Shown here: one piece after another, positions 1 through 24,961 of the stretch | Position numbering within the stretch: the first letter of the stretch is position 1 | How the letters are laid out: every line of letters begins with the position of its first letter | NCBI GenBank assembly: GCA_051294375.1 | Contig: CM119267.1 | Location: 24,625,783 to 24,689,782 of the forward strand | Length of the DNA: 64,000 nucleotides | Reading direction: 5' to 3' | Source of the DNA: Paraspadella gotoi | Lineage: Eukaryota > Animalia > Chaetognatha | Made by a program: the position numbers and the translations under genes | The notes under the pieces: generated by a model | The model's database searches: none | Seen by the model: the letters and a program-made list of their open reading frames with translations, nothing else | What the model was told of the DNA's origin: nothing

Positions 1-489
1 TAAGGAGTAGGGAGACAGACACATGTATTTAAGCGAGAGAAAACATATCAAATATGTTCAATACAGGAAAAAGAGACAATAATGTAACGTGAATAGTTTC
101 GGGGTTGAAACGGTTGTGTCTCTTGTGGCTCGGCCACGACGGAAGAACCCGTTTTGAAGCCTGGACGACGAGACCATGACCGGATGTTTGAGGTCATGTG
201 GTCGTTTGAGGGAAAAAGAGGGAGTCGACGGTGTACTCGCCTCAAAACTTAATTTAAAACATAGAATCTCTATGGGACATTTTAATGATGACTTCACCAG
301 ACTTCACCAAACGACTGCAAGAGATTAACTGATGACAGCAAACGCCTCCTTCTTCTCCTTCTTTTCTCCTTCCTTCTTCTTCTTCCTCGAAATTGCAATC
401 TGATTGGGGAAGGGAAGGCCGGGAAAAACGGGAGCCAGCCCAGCAGGCACGAAAAACGGCACTACCCCACTTGGTGCGGATCCTAGAGA

Positions 490-741
490 CTAATCCCGCG
501 CCGACTCGGCCAGCGACACGGCCGGCGTAGACGGCGGAGACGACCGAGTTGGACGAGACGACGAAGAGGAGGATGCGCCCAAGAGGATACTGCCGGAGAC
601 GGGATGTTGGCGGAGGATCGCAAATCGACGAAGTCTGACGTCCGTCCCGATGTAGCGGCACTTGCACGTGGAGGATGGGGAAGATGAAGAGAGGGAGGAG
701 GTTGAGGAGAGATTGGAGGAGCCGCTTTCTTCGTCATTGGG
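490..741 (-). CDS. Putative exon of an unidentified Ser-rich protein
   Basis: GC-rich island. Minus-strand acceptor (ttatctctgcAG at 742-743) opens PNDEESGSS...CKCRYIGTDVRLRRFAILRQHP...SLAESARD*. No family recognised. Confidence 0.3.
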   Translation of the reverse strand, partial: PNDEESGSSNLSSTSSLSSSSPSSTCKCRYIGTDVRLRRFAILRQHPVSGSILLGASSSSSSRPTRSSPPSTPAVSLAESARD

Positions 742-2639
742 CTGCAGAGATAATGAATTGAAAAGTGGCAATTGACAATGAACTGAAATGTATTGAAAAC
801 TGAGGAAACATGAAATCGAGGACAAAAAGGGTGTAAAAAAAAAAGCGGCAAGATTTTATTGATTAGAGTTGATTGGAAAAAGAATGTAGAATTTATAAAT
901 ATCGCCTTAGGCCTCAGTACGGATATTCTGGTGGTGCTGAGAGCGTGAAAAAACGAAAAAAGTTATGCGCCAACCGTTGGGGACATGTGTGATGCCCGGG
1001 TGAGTGAGGAATCTCACGACAGCTGGCGCTCAATGGCTTGTGAACCTGCAAGTTACGACCCCAATTAAATTCATGTCAATTATACTGTCGAGTTTTGAGC
1101 AGTATTAGGGTTGGTGAACAGAAATTTCTATAATTATTTTTAATAGCGCGAAGAACTATGTTTATCCATTATAATTGCATTTCTTAGAAATCGATGGAAT
1201 TCATGAATGTTTAATTTAAAATCGTTAAGTCGCTTTAATATTATGGGGAATCTTTTCTTTTTAAACGAAAGAAACCGAAGCTGACTCATGTTATAATCAT
1301 TAGACTGATTAATTATTAAAATATGATCTCAAAGCTTTTCTTTTCGTCCGCGTTTTAGTTAAAGAGAAACAAGTTTATTTGTTTTAGACAAAGTTTTTTT
1401 TTTTTTTATTAAAAAAACATTTTTCGACTGCTATTTTTGAGTCTTCATCAGCCACTTGGCTATATACAATTTTATTAAATTGGCTTCGCAGTCGACAAAA
1501 CTAACTTTCTCTCTTCATATTTTCAACCGGCTCTACATGCTTACCTTTTATTTCGGCATTTAATGAGACTTCCACTTCCTCATTTATCAATAACCGGTTC
1601 ATTTGAAACGAAGAATCGCGAATTCTTGGTTTTTTCCACTTTGGATTCATTTTTTTACGCTCGTGTGGAAACGAACAACAAAAACTTATTAAAAAAAAAA
1701 ATGACAGAAAACAAACATGAAATTGTTTTTTTTAAAATACATTTTTTATTTGGTCGTAAAATATTGGACTAGCACTTAAAGTTTTCTGGTTCGATCCAAT
1801 TTATCGTAACAATAAAAACTATTGTCTTAAAATAACTCATCCACTAGCCCGGTGACAAAAATTCTATTTTTCATAAACGATGACCTCATCGTCTCATTTA
1901 CGAAGAAAAAAAAAATAAAAGCAAAATTCAGTGCAAATTGGTTTTTTTTTTAGGTTTTAGTTTCAGGTTTAAATGGCCAACGACTGTTTTTTTAAACTTA
2001 ATTTCTCAAAACCGGTATATGTAAATCGGATTTTATGCGCCCAAAGTCCTGAATGGATTCTTGTACGACTTCGGCCCACGTCGACGCCTTGTCGTCTTTG
2101 CTATTTTTTCTCTCTCTTACATTTTATTAATGATTTCAACTTTCTATAAAGTCGAACGAACATAAGTAGAAGGTAAAAAAACATATTAACAATTATATAA
2201 TTAAACTGTTTTACGGCATCACCCGAGTTGGTGAGATGCCCGATTGAGGAACTCGGCTGCTGGCGTTGCTGCTGTGGACCTCAGCGATGGGCGACATGCT
2301 CCTTGCGCGTCTTTACTAGTTTTTTACCAAGTATTACCAACGCAGGTGAGGTGTTAAGCGTCTGTTGAGACTAGACACGAGCATTGCGATGTTGTCGTCC
2401 CCGCGGAAGCCACCCTAATGCCTTGAAGAAGTATTAATAATTCATTTAATAATTATTAATTATAAACACTTCATTTGACAAGGAATCCAGGTACTCTGGA
2501 GAGTGAATAAACTAGACTGTGAGAGAGTTTGATTTAAGCTTACACGGAACTGCTATCTCATTATCTTGTAACGAGTGATCCAGCTATATTTTAATTACAA
2601 GGAACCCCAATAATAGGATATAGATATAATAGAGACATT

Positions 2640-3990
2640 AGCAGGTAATAGTTTAATTATAAAAAATGCTTGCAAATGCAGGATGTTAATAATATTGATT
2701 ATAAATTTAATGGTCTGTGATTGGCGAAAATTCTGCATTAAAGATCATATCATAAATCATATTTATCACAAGTAAATTTGAATATAATAGAAAATTGAAA
2801 ATTTTAAAGAAAATTTTGAAAAAAGGGCCAAAATTATAGATCTACCTAGAAAAATAAAATTGGATAAAAATAAATGGATAATATTAGCAAACTTTTATAG
2901 ATATATATGCTAAAGAGGATAAAAAAAGGAATCAGTCCAATAAAGACACAAATATAAATATCAATTGTCTTATTAAATTGTTATGGGAAAAAAGAAGGTT
3001 TTAAATTTTAATGGTTAAAAAACGTGCTGGGACCTTAGATACTTGCAAAAATAAAGTGTAAAAATACTTATCGCCACCCTCTCACCAAGTATTACGGCGT
3101 TCCTCTTAAAAACTGAAACTAAATACGGATTTACAAGATACCAATTCTTATAATAACACCAGTCAGACCAAGGCCTCAAAAACAATATATTTTACATGTA
3201 AAGCAATTCCTTATTACAAAAAGAATTTAAAAGAAGAATTAATAGACTCAACAATCATATAACTTCACCTAATGAAATCCGCCTGAATAGTATCAATAAT
3301 AAGAATAGCTAAATTTAGTAAGATTATGGAATTAAAGTAAAAGACGAAATTGATATAGAAATTCCTATTTATTTTATTTTATTCCTAAAAATGCATTAAA
3401 AGTCCTACAAAAACAAAGATAATAGCAAGCTCTAAAATATGTTCTCTCAAGGGCAGTACATCCTAAAACCTCCATATATTCAATAATAAGTTTAAAGCGT
3501 AATGCTTAAAACATCTTAAAGGTAATTAACTATCAAGTAGTTTTTCAAAAGACTATCTGGCAAATACATTAACACCACTTATTGGCAATTAATTGATAAT
3601 TCTTTGGAATAGTTTTTTGGAAAAAAAATTTCCTCAATTTTAAACACCCCGATTTTCTAGAAACATTATTTTGAGCCCTTTTTCAACATTCATATCCCAT
3701 CACTTCCTTCATATGAAAGTTCTAGGTAGTAAGCTAAAAAATCTTCAATTCAGAACAACTTTTTTCTAGGGAAAAATAAAACACTATAAAATCGTAAATC
3801 ATAATAAAGCTAATTTTTCAAATATAAGAATAAGCGGATATATCTTTTTCTTTTACTGACGGAAAGATTCTTTAGAAATTATTTGTCCTCAGACTTTATT
3901 TGTAGATGAGGGATGTTTTTGTTCAAATTTTGTTCTCACTACATATTACAAACAAACATTAGGCCAATACCAATTGGACTAGATTTCTGG
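2640..3990 (+). mobile_element. Possible heavily degenerate L1/Tx1-like LINE ORF2 remnant
   Basis: AT-rich stretch without microsatellites. Stop-riddled translations give weak motif echoes: NFYRYI, KYYGVPL, KEFKRRINRLNNHITS..IRLNSI, YKIVNHN...DSLEIICP (zf-RVT-like). Resemblance judged by eye only. Confidence 0.3.
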
Positions 3991-4039
3991 ACAGGATATT
4001 GCACATCTCTCTCTNNNNNNNNNNNNNNNNNNNNNNNNN

Positions 4040-4072
<33 letters not shown>

Positions 4073-4686
4073 AATAGAGGTTAAAAAATAGATTCAATTA
4101 CGAAATGGATGGAAATTGTGTGCGATCGAAGATGGCGAGCGAGATAGAGAGAAGGTGAAACAGGGTGAAACAGATGACCAATCGCGAGTCTTCATTTCAC
4201 ACGAAAAGGGAACCTTTGCGTCACAAACTCACCTCACTAAACATCACTAAGTCACTCCAGAGGATTGAAGATTTCACAGACCTTCACCAATCAATCACTG
4301 ACCAACAAAGAATCATTTACTACTTTTGACCACCCAACTTACTAACAGCCAATATTTTTGGCAATAATTAGCAATAATTGGCCTTTTTTTATCTTAAATT
4401 CGAAATTAAATTATTTCATCTTAAATTGGAAATTAAATTATTTCATCTTAAATTGGAAATTAAATTATTTCATCTTAAATTCAAAATTTAATTATTTTTA
4501 AGGTTAAAAATTAGGTTAAGAATTATGGTTAAGGAGTTAGTTTAGTAATTATGGTTCGGGATTATATTAAAGGACTTGGGTTTAGAGATTAAACTTAGGG
4601 ATTAGGAATTAGGATAAGTGTTAAGGATTAGTAGTTTAGGGTTTGGGATTAGGAACAAATTAAGAGTTAAATATTAAGGTTAAATG

Positions 4687-4733
4687 TGGGGGCAGCGGTG
4701 GGATTCGAACCCTCGCCTCCGTAGAGACTGGTG
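4687..4733 (-). pseudogene. tRNA-Leu 3'-half fragment (about nt 38-76, with CCA), PBS-like
   Basis: Minus strand reads CACCAGTCTCTACGGAGGCGAGGGTTCGAATCCCACCGCTGCCC-CCA-catttaa: variable arm, T-arm and acceptor 3' strand of tRNA-Leu(AAG/TAG), no 5' half. Confidence 0.75.
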
Positions 4734-4823
4734 TTATAATAATTAATAATAATTAATAATAAACAATAATTAACTCGCCCTCAACTCGTCCCAATTCGAT
4801 CGATCCGCCCAAACTCGCCTCAC

Positions 4824-5005
4824 CTTTCGCCGATTTGGGTTTGACGCCGGCCACCAAAGGCGGCGTCGTCGCCGGCGTCGCCGCCCTCGATCCGGCGTTG
4901 GACGCCGGACATGACGCGGTGCCGGTGGACGAGATTCCGGCGCCGGATGAAGCCGCGTTCCCGGCGCCGGATTTATGAGATTCGGAAGATTTACGACGAG
5001 TCGAT
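4824..5005 (-). CDS. Putative internal exon of an unidentified Ser/Ala/Gly-rich protein
   Basis: Acceptor ctcttctccctcgAG and donor AAAG|gtgagg; open frame STRRKSSESHKSGAGNAASS...PPLVAGVKPKSAK. Possible upstream exon near 5170-5218 (MSDDIKATLDRQD). Confidence 0.4.
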
Positions 5006-5313
5006 CTCGAGGGAGAAGAGGAGTGGGTTCGGGGAGCAGGAGGAGGAGGAGGAGGGGGAGGGTGAGAAGGGGAGGAGGAGGTGGGCAGGGGTGGAGAAGA
5101 TGGGACGGGGCCTGGGATAATAAGAAGGTGTAGGGGGGGGGTGAGAGATTAGAAGGGATCAATGAATTTGATCGAAAAACGTCTTGTCTATCGAGCGTTG
5201 CTTTTATGTCGTCGCTCATAACGTTATCTCTTCCACTCACAAGTTGTCTTTTCTACTCTCAATCCATTTTATCTAACTTTAATTAGTTTTTTCTATCTTT
5301 AATATATTCTTTA

Positions 5314-5348
<35 letters not shown>

Positions 5349-5433
5349 GCCAAATCGTCGACTTGAACTGAGATGGAGTCTTTCACTCTCTCCAGAAGAT
5401 CGTGTGGAAAGAAATCTGAAAGGGAAGAGAGAG

Positions 5434-5502
<69 letters not shown>

Positions 5503-5706
5503 TGGAATATAAAATTAAAGATTAAGATTAAGNNNNNNNNNNNNNNNNNNNNNNNNNNNNNNNNNNNNNNNNNNNNNNNNNNNNNNNNNNNNNNNNNNNN
5601 NNNNNNNNNNNNNNNNNNNNNNNNNNNNNNNNNNNNNNNNNNNNNNNNNNNNNNNNNNNNNNNNNNNNNNNNNNNNNNNNNNNNNNNNNNNNNNNNNNNN
5701 NNNNNN

Positions 5707-5755
5707 GAAGCGACTCTTCAAAGCGGGAAAGATCAAGTCTCTTCATGAGGAGAAA

Positions 5756-5803
<48 letters not shown>

Positions 5804-8800
5804 AAACTGAAAATCCTCTTTTTCCTAAAGATTTCTTCCACCGATTGACGGCGATGGAGGCCGAGTTCCCCGGATGTTGCGTCCTTCTCCACAAGTCTCC
5901 CCGTATGTCGGAGGCGGTGCAGGACTTGTGGAGTCACCACAAGATCCTCAACGTGGTGGAGCAATTGGTTGGACCGGAGGTGATTGCATTTAAAATCAAT
6001 TGCACAATTATTTAGGTTATTTTTATTACATTTCTTTATTTGTACTGATGATTTTCATCTTATTTTTTCCATCCTTCCATTCTTTCCTCTTCCCTATCCT
6101 TCTCTTTCTTTTCCCTTTCTTTTTTCTCCTCCCTCTCCTCCTCTTCCTCTTCCTTTTCTTTTTCCTCCTTCCTCTCCTCTTCCTCTTCCTTCTCCTTCCT
6201 CTTCCTCTTCCTTCTCTTTTTCCTCCTCCCTCTCCTTCTCTTTTTCTTCCTTCTCTTTTTCCTCCTCCCTCTCCTTCCTCTTCCTTCTCTCTTTCCTCCN
6301 NNNNNNNNNNNNNNNNNNNNNNNNNNNNNNNNNNNNNNNNNNNNNNNNNNNNNNNNNNNNNNNNNNNNNNNNNNNNNNNNNNNNNNNNNNNNNNNNNNNN
6401 NNNNNNNNNNNNNNNNNNNNNNNNNNNNNNNNNNNNNNNNNNNNNNNNNNNNNNNNNNNNNNNNNNNNNNNNNNNNNNNNNNNNNNNNNNNNNNNNNNNN
6501 NNNNNNNNNNNNNNNNNNNNNNNNNNNNNNNNNNNNNNNNNNNNNNNNNNNNNNNNNNNNNNNNNNNNNNNNNNNNNNNNNNNNNNNNNNNNNNNNNNNN
6601 NNNNNNNNNNNNNNNNNNNNNNNNNNNNNNNNNNNNNNNNNNNNNNNNNNNNNNNNNNNNNNNNNNNNNNNNNNNNNNNNNNNNNNNNNNNNNNNNNNNN
6701 NNNNNNNNNNNNNNNNNNNNNNNNNNNNNNNNNNNNNNNNNNNCCTCTTCCTCTTTTTCCTCCTCCCTCTTCTCCTCTTCCTCATCCTTCTCTTTTTCCT
6801 CCTCCCCCCTTCCTCCTCCAAACTCCCTAGGTCGCTGGCCACCCCGTCTGGAACCTCCGCCCAAAAGCGCCCCACAACGCGCAGACGGTCGTCCCGTGGC
6901 ATCAAGACAACGCCTACATGGACGAGAGCGCCATCGCGACGTTGATGCCGACGGCGTGGGTGCCGCTGCTCGACGCCACCGTCGAGAACGGGTGCATGCA
7001 GGTGCTGTATGCGATGGAAAAGGAGGAATGGAAAGAGCAGGTGCCAGTAGAAAAGAAAAAGGAAATTAATGAATGAATGAATGAATGAATGAATGAATGA
7101 ATGAATGAATGAATGAATGAATGAATGAACGAACGAATGAACTCAAAAATAAATATATAAGCAATTAATAAATTTATTTGTTATTTACTATGCAATTATG
7201 CATTTATCTGTTTATCAACCAACTTAAAAATGTATTTTTAATTAGTTGATTGATTGATTGATTTGATTGCTTCCAATTGCAATATTCAGGTGATCAAGGG
7301 CGGACATCGAAGCGGAAAGACTGGACGACATCATTGCTGCGTCGGTGAGTTCAAGTCCTTTTTTGCGTCGGGCAATAAAAGTTCACCTTATCTGACCTTA
7401 CCTTTTCGGCGATCTAGTCGCTTTCTCGAAGCTTCCTTTCTGCTGAGAGACCGTGAAACTTGTTAAATTCAATCGGAATTATTTTCTAGAACCGGAGTTT
7501 ATACATTATTCCGAGGATTTATTACAAAGTAAAAACGTAGCGACGTTTCATTGATGTCTCCATGGATTTCTCTCCATGGAAATACAAATAATTCAAGTTC
7601 CTTTAATCTTATCAAAATCCCTTCATCCGATTTTTGATTCAGAGATGGAAGTTTAATTTTGGTTATTATTTTCTCTGATCTTCTTCCTCCTCCTCCTCCT
7701 CCTCCTCCCCCTCAAAGGCGGAACCTGGTACGTGGAGATCCCTTCTGAGTCGTTGATGAAAGAGTTGGGCTGCGATTTGATCCGCGACGTCGTCACCTGC
7801 GAAATTCCATTCGGCGGATTCCTTCTCTTTCAAAACTGCGTTCCTCATCGGTGAGTCGACGGCCCAGCGGCGTTGGTTGATAGGTCGTGGATAGTTGCGT
7901 CCGGGGTTCGAGACTCAAGTTCGATATATATTGCTTTTTTTTATTATTGCTCTATTGTTGATGGAGCTTTGAAAGCTGAGGCCAAATGATTTGATTGTTG
8001 TCATGGCAACACATTCACTCTCGCTACCCGATGATAATATTAGCGCAACCCTACTTGAGGTAGAGCGAGTTTGTAGTGACATGACCATTTTCCAATGTCC
8101 GATGGTCCATCCTGAGTAATGATTACATGATGACATGATGACATGATTACATGATGACATGACCATTTTCCAATGCCAGGTCGCATCCTGGAGTATGCAT
8201 TACATGATGACATGATGACATGATTACATGATGACATGACCATTTTCCAATGTCCATGGTCCATCCTGAGTAATGATTACATGATGACCGATGACATGAA
8301 CATGATGACATGATTACATGATGACATGACCATTTTCCAATGTCCATGGTCCATCCTGAGTAATGATTACATGATGACATGATGACATGATTACAGTGAT
8401 GACATGATACATGATGACATGATACATGAACCATTTTCCAATGTCCATGGTCCATCCTGAGTAGCACTAAATGATTACAGTAATTTCTCTCTTTCAGCAA
8501 CGACCAACAGAGCGTTGTTCTCCTCATTGAGTCTTTGCTATATGTTAAGCTATTCGAAGCTATATGTTAATCTATATGAAGCTATATGTTATGCTATATG
8601 AAACTATATGTTATGCTATATGAACTTAACAAAGCGATCGAGACCAGTTCCATTAAATTTTTATTTATCCTCAATCTTTCTTTGTCCTAATTGCTTATTT
8701 ATTTGTCCTCAATCTTTCTTTGTCCTTAATCGCTTATTTTATTTGTCCTCAATCTTTCTTTGTCCTAATGCTTATTTATTTGTCCTCAATCTTTCTTTGT

Positions 8801-9056
8801 CCTAATGCTTATTTTTTGTCCTCAATCTTTCTTTGTCCTAATTGCTTATTTATTTGTCCTCAATCTTTCTTTGTCCTAATTGCTTATTTATTTGTCCTCA
8901 ATCTTTCTTTGTCTTAATCGCTTATTTATTTTGTCCTCAATCTTTCTTTGTCCTAATCGCTTATTCGCCTTCGATCACGAAATTCGAGCAAGAGAAAAAA
9001 AAACGATTCCTTGAATCTCCCTAACTTTGACCCTCGGGAGAGGAAATTCTTGGTTT

Positions 9057-9106
<50 letters not shown>

Positions 9107-10422
9107 AATCTCTTCCTCTCTCCTTGGAAAACCCATTTTCGGCTTCATGTTCTCTTAAAACTTGCAAAATATTTCATTTCTTTCCTCCTAGGATGTTTTT
9201 TCCTTTTTCGTTCTGTTCCATATTTTAGTTTATACTTTTTTGCTTTCTTTTTTAATATTTTTTTTCTTTTACCTTTTTCATTTTTTCCCCGGTTTCTTTT
9301 TCCTTTTTTCTATTTTCCGTTTTGTCTTTTTTTTTCTACCTCACTCAGTCATTTCTTCCCCTCAATCCATTCAACTTTCTCCCCTCTCCCTTTTTTCTAC
9401 ATCTCCCTCTTTTTACTTTCCCTTTTTCTCTTTTCATTCCTCCCCCCCCCCGATTTCCTTTTCCTGCCCTCTTCCTCCCTCCCCCTCCTCCTCCTTCCTC
9501 CCTCTTCCTCCCTCCCCTCTCTTCCTCCCTCCACCCTCTTCCACAGGAGCCTCCCCAACACCTCCGACTTAATCCGGTGGAGTCTGGATCTCCGGTGGAT
9601 GGATTCTCGAGGAGACGTTGGACTGTGGGGACTCAAAGACTGTCTTCCCTTCAAAACAGGGTGAGACGGGCCTTATTTTCCCAGAACGCCCAATTTTATC
9701 TTTAATTCGTAATTATTTTTTTGGGTTAAAGTTTATAGTAAGAGATTAGGTTTAAGGATTTGGTTTAAGGATTAGGTAAGGAATTAAAGTTTGAGTTTAA
9801 GGTTATTGATTTGGGTTTAGGTTTAAGCCTTAAGGTTAAAGAGTCGACTCGGGTCTATTCTACATTTATTTAAAGTTTAGTTTTAATAAACAAGTTGCTA
9901 AAGGTAAATTTATTTTACAAGGGGCGAAAAGATTGAAGGAATCGATTGGAAATCTTATCACGCGAAAGACAGAAATCAACTTCAAAGAAGTAAGTCTAGT
10001 GACAGACAAACAGGGTAGGTAAGTTAATGAGTGAATCAAACTTATTTAATATAAAATCTAGAAAAAAGTTTAGAAAGATCTTCAGAGAAAAACTATTAAA
10101 TAATTCTAATTCAATTTAAATAATTAAATTTCAGTTTCGGTCACGAGCGACGCTGATGAGTTCGACACGACGCTCGTCGGTAATTTTTTGTTTGTTTGTT
10201 CATTTTAAGGTTTTTACTGTTTATTTTGATTTAGAGATAGACAAAAAGAGAGAGAGAAGGTGCGAGAGAGCGAGAGAGTGAGTGAGTGAGAGAGAGAGAG
10301 AGTTAGACTTTCTCCATATTTTTTTAGGTCCTTGGATGAAAAGATGGGAACTCGTTTACCACAATCGACACACGTTTTTCTTCGAAGAACAAGAGAAGAA
10401 AAAAAGAGAAGAAATGAAATAA
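5707..10422 (+). CDS. Phytanoyl-CoA dioxygenase (PhyH) family Fe(II)/2-oxoglutarate dioxygenase; 5' end lost in N-gap
   Basis: Phase-consistent GT-AG exons 5707-5756, 5831-5979, 6831-7001, 7290-7344, 7718-7850, 9547-9660, 9922-9989, 10135-10179, 10328-10422. Motifs: VPWHQDNAY (HxD), TAWVPLLDATVENGCMQVIKGGHR, PHRSLPNTSDLIRWSLDLRW (distal His and 2OG-binding Arg); C-terminus EFDTTLVGPWMKRWELVYHNRH. Confidence 0.9.
8060..8460. repeat. Compound minisatellite (~70-bp units built on CATGATGA)
   Basis: Repeated gacatgaccattttccaatgtccatggtccatcctgagtaatgattacatgat units in a PhyH intron. Confidence 0.85.
8660..8960. repeat. ~37-bp minisatellite
   Basis: About 8 copies of tgtcctcaatctttctttgtcctaatcgcttatttatt. 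Confidence 0.9.
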
Positions 10423-10559
10423 AGAAAAGTTGAGAATAGAAAAGTTATTAAAAAGAAAAGTTAAGAAGAGAAAAGTCGTAAAGAGAGGAGAAATAAAAAA
10501 GAAAAGTAGAATAAAGAAAAGAGAATCGATATAAGTGTAAAACTATAATTTTTATTAAT

Positions 10560-22090
<11,531 letters not shown>

Positions 22091-22368
22091 TTAGAAAAAA
22101 GGAGGGGGGGAAGGTGGGAGAGAGGGGATGGGGGAAGAGGAGGTGGAGGAAGAGGAGGAAGAAAGAGGGGGAAGAGGGAGAGAGGGGTTGGTGAGGAGGA
22201 GGAGGAAGAGGAGGAAGAAAGAGGGGGAAAGAGGGGTTAGGGAGAGGAAGAGGAGGAGGAAAGAGAGGACGAGGGAAAGAGGAGTAGGAGGAGAGGAGAG
22301 GAAAGAGGAGTTGGAGGGAGGAGGAGGAAGAGAAAAATGATTCGTGTGGTTAGTTTTTAATTGTTATA

Positions 22369-22453
<85 letters not shown>

Positions 22454-22669
22454 ATTATAACATTATTATCATTTTTTCAAAAAAATGTTTGATTTCGTCA
22501 GTTCGCGTTCGTCTTTTGCTAAAATAAAAAAGCACAAAAGAAAAGAAATAAATAAATAAAGAATAATTTTAATGTATTTTCGTTGTTTTTGCAACAAAAA
22601 AAAACCTTTGTTTTCTCTTGTTTTCCACCCCCCCCCCTCCGTTCTCCACTACCCTCCCCCGTCTTCCCC

Positions 22670-22999
22670 TCACTTTATCCCTTCCGTTGCTCTTTTCTTT
22701 CAGCCTCAGATTCGCTTTCCATTTTTCCCGCTTCTTCTCGGCGGCACTAATGTCGTTCGCGGCGCCGGTCGTTCGCTTAGACGGATCCGCCTGTTTCGGT
22801 CTTTTCGGCGCCGGTTTGAGGTGAGAGGAAGTCGGCGTCGTTTTCGTCGTCATCGTCGTCGACGGCGGCGCTATCGACGTCGTTCTGGGCGTCGTTTTCG
22901 TCGTCGTCGTTGTTTTCGCCGGCGACGCCGGAGCTGATGTTGTCTTCGTCGTCGTTATCGTTTTCTGAGACATCGCTGTCATCGTCGTCGTCCGTCTCG

Positions 23000-23036
<37 letters not shown>

Positions 23037-23132
23037 TTTAGCTGTCATCGGCCTCGTCGTTGTCATCGTTTTACTGGTGGGTATTTTTGACGCCGTCGGT
23101 GTTGTCGTCGTCGCCATCGTTGTCATTTTCAT
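22670..23132 (-). CDS. Candidate Thr-rich/Lys-rich exon upstream of the CDKL kinase
   Basis: Open frame MKMTT...KPAPKRPKQADPSKRTTGAANDISAAEKKREKWKANLRLKEKSNGRDK followed by donor-like gtgagg; the 5' part overlaps a GAC microsatellite. Confidence 0.3.
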
Positions 23133-23533
23133 GGAACCCTTGAGAATTTTGAGTTATGAATCATTGGCTTTATTACTCGTCCTTGATTTCTATGTCGTCG
23201 TCGTCGTTATCGTCGTCGTCGGTCGTTCGTTTCTGTGTTTTTTTTTTTTTTCTATTTTCTCTATGTTTTGTGTCTGATTTTATTTTTTATCGTTTTATTT
23301 TATTTTTGTTTCTTTTTTTTGTTTTGTTATGTTTTATACTATTTTTGTTTTGTTTTGCTTTTTGTCTGTTTCGTTTTCCTTGTTTTTTCCGCCGCGTTTC
23401 TCTCTCGGTTTCACTTTTATTCTTATTTTTTTGTTTTGTTCGATTTTTAACGAAGTCAACCAACGGTTTGTTTTTTATCACACAGTGGGATGATTTCCCT
23501 CAAACTCTATCAATCTCTCTCTCACTCTCACTC

Positions 23534-23576
<43 letters not shown>

Positions 23577-23814
23577 GAGAATCCACTTCCCTCAAGTCAC
23601 GTTCCAAGATGGCTGCCAACTTTGAACGAAACCTTTTCTCTATTTTCTTTTTTTATTTTATTTTTATTTTCTTTCATTTATTTTTTTTATTTCTTCCATT
23701 TGATCAATTCCAGAAAAAAGTTCAACACTTAAGAAATACCACGAAATTTTTTTTTTTTAAATATATATTATATAAGTTTTGATATCATATAAAGAAAGAA
23801 AAAAAATATGCTCA

Positions 23815-24230
23815 AAATCGATCGGGGAAAAACAGAAGCGAAGAAAAACAGAAAAACAGAAGCGGAGCGAGAAAATAGGGAAAAACAGAAGCGAAGCAAA
23901 ACAGAAAAACAGAAGCGGAGCAGGAAAATAGGGGAAAACAGGAGCAAAGAAAAACAGAAGCGGAGCGAGAAAATAGGGAAAAAAGAAGCAAAGAAAAACA
24001 GAAAAACAGAAGCGGAGCGTAAAATACAGAAAAACAGAAGCGAAGAAAAACAGAAGCGGAGCGGGAAAATAGGGAAAAACAGAAGCAAGGAAAAACAGAA
24101 AAACAGAAGCGGAGCGAGAAAATAGGGAAAAACAGAAGCAAAGAAAACAGAAAAACAGAAGCGGAGCGAGAAAATAGGGAAAAACAGAAGCGAAGAAAAC
24201 AGAAAAACAGAAGCGGAGCGAGAAAATAAG
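23815..24230. repeat. ~45-bp purine-rich minisatellite
   Basis: Repeated aaaacagaagcggagcgagaaaatagggaaaaacagaagc units. Confidence 0.85.
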
Positions 24231-24889
24231 TTTTTTTTCTTCTTTTTTTTTATCTGTGGTTTTTTTTGTTATTTTTGTTTTTTTAGGTCAGGAGTCAGAC
24301 ATTTGGCAATCGCTCTATTGACGTTGGTATTGGGCCAATATTATCTTCGCAATTTTGGTTCTTTTTTTAATGTTTGACCATGTTAAGTTTATTTGTTTTC
24401 TACAATTTACATCAAGAAAATTTGTTTAGTACTTTCTTACTTGATTTGTTTATGAAATATTTCAAAACAACATTATTTTCTCCTTTTTCATTTGTATTTT
24501 GTTTTAAAAAATGTTCAATTAATTTTTTTCTACTTTTTCACTGAGTCGCTTCTTTCGACTCAGGAAAAAAAAATTTGCGTAAACAATCGAAGTTAAAAAT
24601 GATATATGAAACATAACACGAACGTAAGCAATACCATGTAATTTATAGATACCGTGGAGTAACATCAAATTCTATACATATAGTAACATACATAAGAAAA
24701 AAATTATCTTAAGCAAGACCCTCCTTGTCATTGAAAATACAAATTTTTCTAATAAGTTTTTTTTAACATAGTGAGCAAATAACAGATAAATGATTATTGA
24801 TTTCGTCGATAATTATAGGCCGAGGTAACAGGAGGCGAAAAAGGATTATGTTTAAAATGCAATTTAATATTAACCTTAGCTTTCCCAGG

Positions 24890-24961
24890 AGCAGCGTGGC
24901 GCAGTGGAAGCGTGCTGGGCCCATAACCCAGAGGTCGATGGATCGAAACCATCCGCTGCTA
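24890..24961 (+). tRNA. Initiator tRNA-Met (CAT)
   Basis: AGCAGCGTGGCGCAGTGGAAGCGTGCTGGGCCCATAACCCAGAGGTCGATGGATCGAAACCATCCGCTGCTA: A1:U72 pair, three G:C pairs in the anticodon stem, GATCGAAA T-loop, intact cloverleaf, followed by an oligo-T Pol III terminator. Confidence 0.97.

Noticed and set aside
2020-2105. Minus-strand exon KDDKASTWAEVVQESIQDFGRIK linking 4824-5005 to 490-741
   Set aside because: The acceptor lacks a polypyrimidine tract and phases could not be reconciled.
5984-7069. Long ORFs rich in F/L/S, ER, RP/TD or K repeats here and at 11690, 14775, 19151, 32187, 45561, 50927, 58622
   Set aside because: They are translations of microsatellites, pyrimidine tracts or N-gaps.
8060-8960. 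CRISPR-like array
   Set aside because: Units are contiguous with no unique spacers, and the context is a eukaryotic intron.
23595-23620. AAGATGGCTGCC as a YY1-type promoter or gene start (similar motif near 29895)
   Set aside because: A short motif alone, with no supported downstream exon chain.
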